A stretch of DNA of 64,000 nt from Adineta vaga (Eukaryota; Animalia; Rotifera), in contig CP075492.1 in assembly GCA_021613535.1 (NCBI GenBank), positions 8,197,653 to 8,261,652 of the forward strand, given 5' to 3'. This document shows, one piece after another, positions 30,385-44,554 of this stretch (positions are counted from its first letter, which is position 1; the number at the start of each line of letters is the position of its first letter). The notes beneath the pieces were generated by a model. It saw only the letters and a list, made by a program, of their open reading frames with translations. It made no database searches and was not told the DNA's origin. Made by a program: the position numbers and the translations under genes.

Positions 30385-33300
30385 AAAGAAAACTATGGCC
30401 GATTCAAAAATTAGCGGTGGTAAGATCATTTACTATTATGATTAAAGTGAAATTCTATTTCAATTGTTTATTTCTTTAGTCTACCGAATTCCACCTTTCT
30501 ACTATTTACATGTACTTGATCAAAATAGCAATGTAACTCGACTTGAAGTAGGACCAAAGACTTTTGTCAAACAAGATCATGAAAAAGTTATTCTTGGACC
30601 TGAACGCATGTTGATCATTCCGTATGTTTTCATTTACAATAAAAATCTCAATTCCCTTTTTTTTCTTCTCTCTGTAGACCACGTCATTATTGCGTAATTG
30701 AAAATCCAGCCATTCGAGATAAAGATGGCAAAGTTGTTATCGATTCTAATGGTCAAGTGAAATTACTTCATTCAGATGTCGATATTCGTTTTGCCCAAGA
30801 ACCATTTGCACTTTATCCAGGAGAAATCTTGAAACAAGCTGTCACACCATTAAAAGTCATTGAACCTAATTGTGCATTACGACTTCGGGCTGTTTTGGAT
30901 TTTGTTGATGAAAATGATAAACAGATACGTGCTGGAGATGAATTTCTTTTTCAAGGACCTGGTATGGATTAAAGAAAATTTTTCGAAAACAAAAAATATC
31001 AAAATGAATTCATTGTTTGTTTGTTTTTTCAGGCACCTATTTCCCTCGCAAAGAAGTCAGTGTTGAAGAACAAATCAAAGCAGTTATTTTAAAATCAAAT
31101 GAAGCTGTTCGTTTACGTGCAAAGAAAGAAATGACAGATCGAGATGGAATTGAACGCGAAACAGGTGAAGAATGGCTCAATCGAACAGTGGGATCTTATT
31201 TACCATTAGCTTATGAGGAAGTTGTTTCAACTGTAAAAGCTTACGTTCTTACTGATAAAGTATGTCTAATTCATTGGAACTATACGTTAAACTTAGATTT
31301 ATGTATATTTTTGTAGAAAGCACTTCATGTTCGAGCATTACGCACATTCACTGATGCATTCAAACATAGACGTCTTAATGGTGAAGAATGGTTAGTTTAT
31401 GCCAGCGATGCTGAAACCTATATTCCTGATGTATATGAAGAAGTAGGTCACATTTAGTTTTGTCTTCAAAATAAACGAATTTCTATTCTTCTAGGTTGTC
31501 GGTGTTGTAACTGTAACTGTATTAAATTCTCGCCAATATTGTGTCATTCTTGATCCAGTTGGTAGTGATGGTAAACCACAACTTGGAAAGAAAAAACTTG
31601 TTCAAGTAAGAAGAATTAAAATTAATAGACTGATTATACTATATGTATGTTTTGCTTTTCAAGGGTGAAAAAACATTCTTTCTTCAACCTGGTGAAAAAT
31701 TAGCCAAAGGTATTCAAGATGTCTACGTTCTCGAAGAAGATGAAGGTCTTATTCTTCGTTGTACAGAATCGTTCAAAGAAGATGGAGTAAGTCATTGTCT
31801 GTTATAACTGAATTTCTCTTATCTTCTATTCTTTCGTAGAAAGTTGTTCGTAATCCTGGTGATCGTTGGATGGTCCGTGGTCCTAAAGATTATATTCCAG
31901 CTGTTCAAGCTGATGTTGTTCTCCGTCGTAAAGCAATTCCATTAGATGTTAACGAAGGAATCTACGTTCGTGATGTTAAAACTGGTAAAATTCGATCTGT
32001 CATTGGTAGTACATATTTATTAACTGAAAATGAAGAACTTTGGGAAAAAGATTTACCAGCACAAGTCGAACAATTAATTACACTAGATCCACGATATTTT
32101 GAAGATAAACTAGGACTTCCCACAACAGTTCCACCACGTGATAAATCCAAAGTTATTACTTATCGTGTACCACACAATGCATGTGTACAAATTTATGATT
32201 ATAAATCGAAAAAAGCTCGCATTGTTTTTGGCCCAGAACTTGTTATGCTTGGCCCTGATGAACAATTTACTATTTTAAATCTTTCTGGTGAAAAACCAAA
32301 AGTACCGAACAAAATTCGAGCTATCTGTCTTCTTTTGGGTCCGGAATTTTCCAGTGATATTGTTACTATTGAATCAAGTGATCATGCTCGTTTATCTCTC
32401 CGACTTTCGTACAATTGGCATTTCGAAGTAAGATAAATAAGAATTGATAGAAAAAACAATATTTCATTATCATGTCTATTTATAGATTACTGATCGTAAT
32501 GATACTAAAGAAGTTGCTAAACTTTTCTCAGTTCCCGATTTCATCGGAGATTTTTGCAAAGCTGTTGCTGCTAAGATCCGTGGTGCAGTTGCTGCTATTC
32601 CATTCGATGATTTTCATAAGAATTCAGCGAAAATCATTCGTACATCCGTATTTGGTCTTGATGAGAATAAACGAGTTAATAATCGATTATTATTCCCACA
32701 AAATAATTTGGTTTTAACTTCAATTGATATTCAAAGCGTTGAACCAGTTGATCAACGAACACGTGATGCACTTCAAAAGAGTGTTCAACTAGCCATTGAA
32801 GTATGTTTATCAAAACAAATAGTTTCCTGAAAAGAAGATGATTTGATTTAATTTTAGATTACAACCAATTCACAAGAAGCTCAAGCTAAACATATGGCTT
32901 CTCGAACTGAACAAGAAGCAAAAGGTCATTTAGAACGACAAAAGATTACTGATGAAGCTGAAGGTAAAATTGAAAATAATTGTTGTCATATTAATTTCTA
33001 AATTTCTTTGTATTTAGCCGAAAAGGCTCGACGAAAATTATTACAACTTCAAGCACTATCAGCTGCTGTTGAGTCAACTGGTCAATCGCGTGCTGAAGCA
33101 CAATCACGAGCTGAAGCTGCTAAAATTGAGGGTGAAGCTGCTGTTGAACAAGGTAGACAGTCTTAGACATTTTCATTGATTGTTTCATTGTTAACGTATG
33201 TTTTCTTTTCAGCAACACTTCGTGCTCAAGCAGCTAAAATCGAAGCTGATATCGAACTTTATCGATTAACGCAAGCTCGTGAATTAGAATTAGGCTATTC

Positions 33301-33608
33301 GAAATTAGTTACTGAACTTGAAATTGAAAAAGCTAAACGATTAGCTAATATTGAAACCGAAGAATTTAGAGAACATGTATCAGCCATTGGACCCAAAACA
33401 ATTCAAGCAATTGCAACAAGTGGACCTGATAATCAAGTAAGTTTTACACACTATTCATTTTCATTGTTTTATTAAATTTTTCTTCGCTTAGGTGAAACTT
33501 CTTCAAGCACTCGGTATTAAATCAACTTTAATTACTGATGGACGCAGTCCAATCAATCTATTCAACACTGCTGTTGATTTAGTTGGATCACCAACTGTAC
33601 AACATTAA
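30385..33608 (+). CDS. MVP: Major vault protein, paralog A; about 14 exons
   Basis: N-terminal [28 protein letters not shown]. Repeated MVP domains. Shoulder and cap-helix regions ([19 protein letters not shown]). Stop at 33606-33608. Introns of 50-70 nt. Confidence 0.9.
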
Positions 33609-34255
33609 TCAGCACTCCTAAGAAATATCCAATCCATTTGAGTGCCGTCAGATTTTTCAACAAAAAAATCAAACATTTTGCTATGACATTTTTTTCCTTT
33701 TCAATTCTGTGTAAACTATAGAAAATTTGTTTTTAATCATCATTTAAGAAATAAAATTGATGTATGTCGTACATGAAATTATTTTCATCAATAACAAGTC
33801 AATTGTGCAAAAGAATAATTACCATACGATAGTTATATATTTCTCGTTAACTAGAAAGAAAGTAAAGATATGCATATGGACACTCAAGCAGACAATTTTC
33901 GAAATAATCGATTACTCATGTTTCTTCTCGTAAATAGATTTGGTGGACATGACCCACTCGAAATATTGCCTCGCTTATATGAACTGTAAAATCTAGATAA
34001 ACTAAACGAATCACACTCTCAGCATTATTACTGTTTTTCTCACATCTTCAAGAGTGTTTTTCGGTCAAATATCAGATCTATTGTACAAGTACTATTGTCT
34101 GTTATTTTCATTCAAGAGAAATATCAACTTTTTTTCTTGTCAGATTTATTATTAGTACATAGACGTGGAAAAAAAAACAAATAAAGTAATCAAGCTAATA
34201 TTTTTTATAAAATAACATGAACACGCGTGCACAAAGTTTTTAATCTTCAATGGAT

Positions 34256-37200
34256 TTATTCGTGTTCGACAACTTGGTAATTGTTTGAAGCACTACGTGA
34301 TGTACGAGCATTTCGATTACCAGCTGAATTTAAACCACCTAAAAGACCTTGACCGAATCCCATAAGATTGATTGGTGTATTACCATCGGTGACAAGCATA
34401 GATTGAAGACCGAGTGCTTGTAAAAGTTTGACTTGTGTATCAGGACCTGATGTAGCAATTGCTTGAATTGTTGATGCTCCAATTGATTCAACTTGTAATT
34501 TGAATTTATCTGTTTCAATTCGTGACATTTCAGATTTTTTAGTAATTTCTAATTCATCTCGTTCACGAACAAATTTAATTTCAGCTTCACGTGCTAATTT
34601 CAAACGTGATAATTCAGCTTCAGCTTCAATTCGAGTTGCTTCAGCTTTAAGACGAGCTATTGAAAAGAAAATAATAATAATAAGCAATAGAATTGATAAA
34701 AATCTTGATTCATTACCTTGTTCAACGGCAGCTTCTCCTTCAATTCGAGCAGATTCAGCTCGACTTTGAGCTTCAGCTTTGGCTTGACCAGTTGATTCAA
34801 CAGCAGCTGATAGTGCTTGTAATTCAAGAAGTTGTTTACGAACATCTTCAGCTTCAGCTTCATCTTTGATACGTTGTCGTTCTAATAAACCTTTTGCTTC
34901 TTGTTCTCGTCGTGAAGCTTCATGTTTAGCTGCAGCTTCTTGTGAATTGGTTGTAATCTAAAATTAAATCAAATCATCTTCCTTTCAGGAAACTATTTGT
35001 TTTGATAAACATACTTCAATGGCTAATTGAACACTCTTTTGAAGTGCATCACGTGTTCGTTGATCAACAGGTTCAACGCTTTGAATATCGATGGATGTAA
35101 TGACGAGATTGTTTTGTGGAAAAACAAATTGTTCTCGTGGTCGTTTTTCAGCATCAAGACCAAAAACAGCTGCACGAATGATTTCTGCTGAGCTCTTATG
35201 AAAATCATCAAATTGTGTGCCAGCCACAATACCACGAACTCGTGAAGCAATGGCCTTAGCTGCATCACCAACAAAATCAGGAACTGAGAAAAGTTTAGCA
35301 GCTTCTTTTTCATCACATCCAGCATTAACTGCAAAATGCCAATCTAAAAAAAGTATACGAAAATCAAAACTATGAATTGATTTTAGTGAATAAACTTACT
35401 GTAGGAAAGTTGAAGAGAGAGACGAGCATGATCAGCTGTTTCGATAACAATAACATCAGTAAAGAAATCGGGACCGAGAAGTAAACAAAGTGTTTGAATC
35501 TGATTGGGTTTTTTTGGTACAGTGCCACTCAACGAAAGTAATGTGAATTGTTCATCAGGGCCAAGCATAACAAGTTCAGGACCAAAAATAATACGTGCTT
35601 TTTTAGCTTTATAATCATAAATTTGTACACATGCATTGTGTGGTAACGATAAGTAACTAATTTTGATTTATCACGTTTGCTGGTTTTTGAACCTGATGCT
35701 TGTGATGTAGTTGTGTTTTGTTGAGATTTATCTGATCCTTGATTACGTGTGGGAACATTACGTTCAGCTAATGGATCACGTGATAATAAGTCTTCGACTT
35801 GTTTTGGTAATTCTTTTTGCCAAAGTTCTTCGTCTTGTGTGAGCATATAAGTTTCACCAACAACAGCTCGTACACGACCAGTTTTGATATCACGAACATA
35901 GATACCTTCATTTTCATCTAATGGAAGTGCTTTACGACGAGTGACAACTTCTACTTGTGTTGGAGGAATATATTCACTAAAAAATAAACAATATGCATAT
36001 GTTTTTTTCTCTTCTTCGTCATAAAATCTATTTCTCTTACGTTGGACCACGAATCATCCATCGATCACCAGGATTTCGTGCTGTGCCAGCTTGTTGATCA
36101 TCGAATGTTTCGATACATTTGAGAATTACACCTTCATCTTCGCCTAAGATATACACATCTTGAATACCATTCTCAAGTTTTTCACCAGGTTGAAGAAAGA
36201 ATGATTTTTCACCGACAACAAGTTTCTAAAAGGAACAAAAACAAAACGATTTATTATTGCGATATGAATAAAATTGAAGAATTATACTTTTCTTCCTAAT
36301 TGTGGTTTTCCATCAGCAACTGGATCGAGAATGACACAGTATTGACGTGAATTAAGAGTAATAACATCAACAACTGCAACTAATTGTTCGTAAACACTAA
36401 GAATATGTGTTTCTGTATCTATATATGTGACAAGCCATTCTTCACCATTCATGCGGTTTTTACCAAAATCATCAACGAAAGTTTTTAAGGCACGAATATG
36501 AAGAGCTTTCTTGTCAGTTAAAACATGAGCATTATCGACTGAAACTACACTTTCCTAAACATTTCAAATGATAAAAATAGTTTATACAGAAAAGAACAAG
36601 AATTATCATCCTATCTTACATAGGCAAGTGGTAAATAAGCACCAGTCTTTTTTACCAACCATTCTTCACCAGTAACACGTCGTTGACCAGCTCGATCAAT
36701 GATTTCTTTTTTGGCACAAAGTCGAATGGCTTGATTAGAACCGATCACAGTAGCGCGAATTTGTTCTTCTACACTGACTTCTTTACGTGGGATATATGTA
36801 GCTGGTCCTTCGAATAACCATTCATCACCAGCTCGACGTTGTTCTTTAGTTGTTTCATCGTCAAAATCAAGAACAGCTTTTAAACGTAATGCTGAATTTG
36901 CTGGAACTACTTTTAGAGGAGTTACTGGCTACAAAAACAAAACACATTATATTTTGTCTGCAATAAGTAGGTCGATTTTGTCTATACCTGACGAAGAACT
37001 TCTCCTGGATAGAGTGGAAATGGTGCTTGATCAGCTCGTGCAAGACGAATATCCAAATCAGCATGGATCAATTTAGCTTGACCATTTTTATCAAATACAA
37101 CTTCGCCGGCCTCATTGCGTACAACTGGTGATTCAACAACACAGTAATGACGTGGTCTAAATAAATTTTTCAATGTTATTTTCTTTGTTTTTTCATTTTT

Positions 37201-37414
37201 AAGAAAAAAATACGTACGGTACAGTAATCATTTTTTCTGGTCCAATAGTGACTGTTTCATTATCTTGTTTAATAAATGTTTTGGGACCAATTTCAAGTCG
37301 AGTTACATTGGTATTTTGATCAAGTACATGAATATAATGGTACGGTGGTATACGATACACTGGACCTGCATTGCTCTTAGCATTTGTAGTTGTCGTAGAA
37401 GTAGATGGATTCAT
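34256..37414 (-). CDS. MVP: Major vault protein, paralog B (convergent with paralog A); carries an S/T/K-rich insertion and a Gly/Asn-rich C-terminal tail
   Basis: N-terminal MNPS...[29 protein letters not shown]. Colinear with paralog A throughout. Insertion [27 protein letters not shown] before LVTYR. Tail [34 protein letters not shown]. Confidence 0.9.
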
Positions 37415-38258
37415 TTTTTATTATCAACAATGATCTAGACAAAATTTATGTGAAATGAATGCCTACTTATAAAAAGCGAAGAAAAACAAGAGGTGAACGA
37501 GATATTACATGAGAGGTGGTTAATGCTTCGTTTCAAAGGATTGTGCAAGTTTGCCCCACTGAAAAAATGAGAGAAAAAAATCTATATATCTCTCTCTCTG
37601 TCTGCGTCTTTTGCAACGTTGTGTAATAACATCGACTTGCCTTGTGTTGACGTCGATGGTGAAAGAACGAAGACACTGTAGTGTCATTGATGAATCACCA
37701 TGAAAAACAATTGCACATGAATGATCATGATGGTGAAATGAATGGAATCTGAACCGTTACACATTGCTAATCGTTAACAAACAACGCAGTTAGGAACTTT
37801 GACCTACTTTTACAAATTTTCTTGCTTATATGAAATACTTATTTGATTGTGCAAAGAGTTAATCATTTTCCTGTTGTTATTTGCAAAAATCTCTAGATTT
37901 TTATTTTCGACCATGTTAGTTAGCGAAAAAAAAGAAAAGAACCACACCGACAATTACACAAAAAAAGGAGGCAGAAGAAGCGAGATTGAACAAAATGAAT
38001 ACACACACGTCACAGACATACATATAAACAAAAAAGAAAAAGAAAAAGAATGTCTACATTGATATTTCATAAAGATCTTTGTAATATATTTTCTAAAGAC
38101 ACAAGCTAGGCGAGTTTAGAAACAAACAAAAGAAGAAGCAGAAAGTTTTTCATTGAGCGTTATTCAATATGAATGACCGCAGTAATGATTAGAAGTTTGA
38201 GTTTAAGTTCGTCTTTGGGAAATAAAGAAAAAAAAGTAGAGAAAAACAATGATGCGAT

Positions 38259-40850
38259 TTAGGCAGCAGGTGGTGCTGAAGGTTGTATCGATTTCAAATC
38301 GCCATGAACACGAAACCGGTATAAACATGTATAATTTGGATTACCCCAATTGGATGTTATTCGGACTTCGATATATTCAACTAATGGTACATTGACAAGC
38401 TAAATGAAACGAAGACGAAAGATACTTATGAAATGAAAGATGTAAAAGAACTTACTTGAGGTTTAAACCGTTGAAGTGATGGACCATTTTCAGCATCATA
38501 GAAATATCGACCAAGAACTATACCTTCTTTATCATTTTTGTCTTTCAAAGCCTACAAGTAATGAAAACATAGTTTTCATTATTCGGAATTACATCAGTAG
38601 TATCATATCAACTTACATAAACAGTAAAATTATTTGGTGCACTATTGATATGTCCAACAACTGAAATACTTTTCGATAAATGTTCAAGTGCGAATTCTTG
38701 CGGTTTAACTGGTACAGCTAACTTGATAACTACACTACCATGATCACCTTTAAAAGGAAAACATTGACCGGGCATTCGACCAGCCTAAGAGAAGAAAAGA
38801 TCAAATGAAAATTAATAATTAGTTTACAAAATAAAACAAACTTTGATTAACATATTTGGTTGTTTTGACATATGTATAATTGGAATACCAAGAAATTTCA
38901 CAACATTTTGACGTGGTTCCTCTGTATATTCTGTACATCTTGTATCAACAATTTTTGCTCCTGAAACAAAAGAAGAAATTAACATATGTTTCATCTTTAT
39001 TTCTGTATTTCAATCATTTACCATTTGCTTCAAGTGCATAATCTGCTTGACCAGTTTCATCGGCTGCATATTCATCAAGTAAGAATCGAATTAACTAAAT
39101 TCATACACAGTTTTATTATTTCTTTTCATTTCAATCTTCTCAACTTACTCCTTCCAATTCTCTTTCTTGTGCAGGTTTCAATGCATGACCACTTCCAAGA
39201 AATTTTTCTTTTTCACGTTTCAATTCTTCAATAACACGATTTACTTTTTCTAAACCAGCTTCACAATAATCTTTAGCATTGTCTTTTGTCACTTCTACTG
39301 CTCCATTAACACGTTCTTTAACATTATCAATTTTTCGATGAAAAAGTTTTTTGATATTATAATAACCATCATCTATTTTGCTCAAAACCGAATCTTTAAC
39401 ATTGTTCATTTTATTCCAAACGGTTTTCAATGTGCTAGTACCACGCTTATATGTTTGATTTTCAATGAATTGAACTGATTGATTCGTTACATTATTGGCA
39501 TATTCTTGGAATCTTCGACAACCTTGATAAAGTTTCGATTCTGGATAATGTTCGAATGGTTTACATGCCAAATGAGGAACTATATGAGATAACAAAAGAG
39601 AGGCTAAGATACGAAAATTTATCAACGAACTACTTACAAACATAGAAACCAAGAAAAAGAAGTAGTGGAAGAAGTAACCACCATGGTAAACCAAAGAATT
39701 TATGCCATATAAAACTCAAAATATCGAATGGTAAACGAACAATTCTTTTGATTAATCGAACAAGAATATTATCTTTTTCTTTGTGATCATGGCTTTCTTT
39801 ATGTTTTTCATCATAATCTTCCACATCATTTTCATGACGACTATCTTGACTTTTTCTCTCTTTTCGTTGTTTACTTGTCGTTTTATGTTCTTCACTATCA
39901 ATATCTCGAGGTGTTGAATGAACAGGAGTACCACGACGACGTAGATTATAACTTCCCGACTGAGCATTTGTTGATGATTGTGATGATGAACGAGTATATC
40001 GTGAACCACCATAAGACGATGGAGAATTTAGAAGTGGTGCTGCTTGATCATGACTACTATGATGTGTTAAACGATCACGTATTGTAGAATAACCATTCAC
40101 TAATTGTGATCGAACATTAGAAATAAATTTTGCTGGTGAAGAAAATGCTGATGATGTCGATGAAAAACTTCGTGATCCATAAGCAGGATATTCACCATGC
40201 AAATCACGACGAGCCATGACAGGTACATCATATGAACCATTCTGCGTCACAGGCATGTAGGATACGCTAAATAATAAAAAAACATACCAAATGTTAAAAT
40301 AAGATGTGCACAGCGTGTGCTGTCTATCAAGATCGATCTATAGAAACGAGACTCATAATACACTATCAAATTCGGATCATAAAGAGATCATCAATCATTT
40401 CGAATGCAAGAGTCTCTGATTAAAATCGAGTTCATCACACAACCTAGAGATTAACGCTCAACTATGATCGAAATATAATGATCATTGACACAAAAGAAAT
40501 GAAAGCTATGCATTATTATTAAAGTAAACAATAAGCAAATACAAACCTATGAGCATATGTATACGTTGTTGGTGGTAATCCACTAAAAGTAAATAGAATA
40601 TTTATTTTTCTTAAATAATTACTTTTTAATTGAAAACTTACTCAGTTGGTGATTTCGTATTCTGAAGTATATCATATACGCTTCTATTTGCAGTTGTTGT
40701 AGAACCTACTCGCCGTTTTGTAATTGTATCTGTTCGTACTTCAGTTTCAATAAACATTGGTCGACGAGCTGTTGTTATTGAAGAATTTGAACCTGATGTT
40801 GTTGATCTATTTGTTTCAATAATATCATCATCAATAATAATATCTGCCAT
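38259..40850 (-). CDS. SUN-domain inner-nuclear-membrane protein (nucleoplasmic Ser-rich N-terminus, one TM, luminal coiled coil, C-terminal SUN domain); about 8 exons
   Basis: TM segment LPWWLLLPLLLFLGFYV. SUN-domain exons DEYAADETGQADYALEANG, CFPFKGDHGSVVIKLAVPVKPQEFALEHLSKSISVVGHINSAPNNFTVY and NWGNPNYTCLYRFRVHGD followed by stop. Confidence 0.75.
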
Positions 40851-41053
40851 TATTTAATTTCCAGAAAATCAAATCTGAAGGTAAGTAAAAAAAATATATA
40901 GATTTCGTCTGCATACAATCGTGACCTATGAAACAAAGTGAATGATATGAACAAAGACCGGCCGATATGATCATGACGAATAGATTAGAAGCAGACGGAG
41001 AAAAGAACGAAAAAGAAAAACATTCTCTGCGCATGTCTCGTGTATGTAGAAGG

Positions 41054-42305
41054 TTAATATACAATAGGAAAAGAAAAGGAAGACATAAAACGATCATTTA
41101 GTATCTGAAGTGTAGTTAAAACAATACGTTCAATTGAAGAGAAATATTTCAACCAAATTTTCGTACATTCTCTTTGCATTGCATGTCTTGCATTTGGATC
41201 AATCGTTCTCAAATAAGCCGGTAGTAAACTGAACGATGATACATTTGAATAGATAATAGCAGATTTTGACCAATCAATAATTTCACTGAACGGAAGAATG
41301 ATGGATTCATCATCATTACTTGTTATCACTGGTATACAACCATATTGTAAAACTTCAAGAAATCGATAGGAATATAAACGACGTCCAGTTGGTACAAGAC
41401 AAAAATGTGATTGTTTTAATAATTGTATATATTCATTTTTATCATTTGAAATTGTTTCGTTATCAGTATATTTGACAATAATATCATGATTATTATTTAA
41501 ATGACGAAAAAATGTACGATGATGTTGAACATCTTCGTAACTTTTTCCTTTGAATGAAAGAAGAATTGTACGTGAAATAGAAGACGAAGAAAAAGAATGA
41601 AATGGATAATCAGAATGAAATAATGGAAATGTAAGATGTAACGAACAATTATAATTAGTATAAGTTAAACTAGTTGAAGCAAGAATATAACGAGATGGTA
41701 AAGTAAAATCAAGTGTACGTCGATAAGAAGGCCAAGTGCCTATAATAGAATGAAAGAAGAAGAAATTTTTAGGCGGAAATAGAAAAGAAGAAGTTGCGCA
41801 ATTCTATTGTAAGAAAATGAAAGAAAATACTACCTGTATAATGATTAAATATTAAATGAATTTTGTTCGGATCAGACCATTCAGAAAAGAAATTCAAACG
41901 TTGTTCAATAAAATAAACGTAATAACCATTTTTTGATCGACGATCACGATCAATTGTATCAACTGGTGCTATATATATACAAGCAAGATTTGAATCATTT
42001 GTGTAATACGAAGAATTTCTAATTGTCTCAAGTATTATTGCAAAAACTGGTGAACGTACATAGGTAACATTTGGATATTGAATATTCTGATCGATATGGA
42101 TAGAAAAACGTGTAATATTATTTGAACAGCGTAGTTTTTGTTCACAATTCAATAATGGCGAGGAAGATGAAAAGTGAGATGCGTCAATAGAAGAAAAAAG
42201 TTGAAATATAAGTGCAAGCTGTACAAAACATATAAGAACACAAATGATTGCAAGAAAGGCAAAACGTTGAGGTATATTAGAAAAGAGAAGGAGAGATCTT
42301 ATCAT
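41054..42305 (-). CDS. Exostosin-like glycosyltransferase (GT47 domain only, type-II signal anchor); internal exon structure and 3' end uncertain
   Basis: Signal anchor MIRSLLLFSNIPQRFAFLAIICVLICFVQLALIF. GT47 blocks SNLACIYIAPVDTIDRD...IHLIFNHYTG and HFCLVPTGRRLYSYRFLEVLQYGCIPVITSNDDESIILPFSEIIDWSKSAII. Block KIWLKYFSSIERIVLTTLQILNDR. Confidence 0.55.
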
Positions 42306-44554
42306 CGTTCATTCAATCGATATATTATGATTATTAATTAAACCACAGAAAATTGACAGACAATATCTACCACCAACCAATTCATGTCTTGGTCTTTGTC
42401 CTCGATGGTTAACAAGGCACTTATGCAATGGCTCCCATACTGTACACTAATGACATCTATAAACTCGTAGCACGAGTAGAGTAACTTTATGTTTTTGCTT
42501 ATAGAAAAACAAGTCATTTGATAATTAGAAAATCAGAAGAACGATACGTTAAATCGATAACTATGATCATCTTTGAGAATTCACGTTCACAAACTGATTT
42601 TAAGCTGAGTTCTACAATCTACATATTTGATTTGATTAGAAGGAAAACATTGATTGGCTTTTTTCCAAGATTATCATAAAATAAAAGTTCATAAGAAATG
42701 TTAGGCTTTCAAAGCATGATCTATCGTATGATTATCTGTATACGGACTATTTCTATTCTAGTGAATACTTCCTGACTCTTTCTTTTCTTATTTCTTTGAC
42801 GTAAATTTCACAACAAAGACAAAAATCATTTGATAATTGAAAAAAATAGAAAGAAGTGTTTTCTCATTGCACAGATGTGTTTTCAAACAGACATGCGCAA
42901 CATATGTCCCAAACACTTTGGTATACTTATTTAGAAAAAAACATCTTACATTGATTGTTAATAGATTTTTACAATATTATCAAAAACATTTTCTAATGTC
43001 TATTTTTGTATAGCTCTACTTTCTTGTTCAATTCTATTCTTTATATCCACCATATCATTGACCTTTGTTTTGTATACTTTTGTTTTGACATATCCCTATA
43101 AACAAAATCAAGTGGTGTTAAATCTAGAGATTGTGGTGCCCTAGAAATTGAACCATCTCTACTAATCCATTTGCCATTAGATAGAGTCTTTTCCTTTGCA
43201 TAATTCAATCGAAAAATGGCGGAGATATTTGAATTTTGTTGGTCAATGACTTTCCGGATAGCCTGTAATATCTAGCTCATTCATGAGAGGTAATCAAAGT
43301 CCTCAATGCTCTTATAAATATTGTTCAAAGAAAACTACTGACATATTATTACAATATAAACCCAAATTACATAATCGAAATCATTTTCGTTCTAAATATG
43401 ATTGTAATTTTTATTATCATATACTTCGACTGTGAAAATAAAAGAGAGAGAAAAACAGTATAATCAAACTAAAACATTTTTCTAGGTTCTATACTCATCT
43501 CAGCATTTCATTAATGAAAATAAGAATATTGGAAATGAATTATATTACTTGTTATATTTTCTTTTTTTTAACGAACAGAACATGTAGAGTCTCCTAAACT
43601 CGATTACACTATCTAATAAATCGAAAATTTCATTAAAATACTTGCTTTCCATTTGAAAATTAGGTCGCTATTTTTCGTCGTGATGAATACGGTAGTAGTT
43701 TTTGACGAACGTCATCATTTTTAGAGCACTCATATAAACTGTGTTGTTAATGAGATGAAAGAAAAAAAAATCTTCTCTTTGTTGCTCTTTGGTAATTTTC
43801 ATAATGTAATCGCATTTGTTTCTTTTGCATATCGAAGCTAAGGCATAGAGTTATTTTTCTTGACAGAAACAAATAATGTTACAACTGAATAGAAACAAAC
43901 ATAAGAATTCAAGGCGATATCGAATAAATACTAACTTGAATTTTGTTAATAAATTTAAGAGAGATCAAGAGAAGAATATCTAAGGTAGTCATGTTATCTT
44001 TAAGATGCAGCGTATTGGAATGTTGAAAGATGAAGTTTAAGTAAGTGATTTTAATTCACCGATATTATGTAGAACCATACACTATTGATTCAATAGATGC
44101 GAAAAGATAAGAGGTAGTATCTTCCTTGTATTCGTTTTAGATGATTATGAGAGATATCTTTTGATCAAAGAGACAGAAATGTTTTTTTTTTATTTGTATG
44201 CATCAGTACTGATGATGTGATTGTGAGATCTTTTATTCTAATGTTCACGTCAACAAACATAAATAGAGCAGAGATTTTGCCGATGTAAAATATATCTATG
44301 TATGTTAATGAAAGATTCTTTCACACCCTTTCTTCTACATGCTCATATGACCATAAGAAGAGAACTAAAACGAAGATATTCTGTGATGAGCAATTTGTAA
44401 TAGACTCACTAGTTATTTGAGAAAGTAACTGAGAAATAGGAGATGCAAATAAAAGTAGAATGATTTAATCTAATCTACCTTACTTTTCTACTTCTTAGAT
44501 CGAGACTGATTATTGATCGTAGTCTCTAACTCTGTATCTCTTTTAGATATACAA

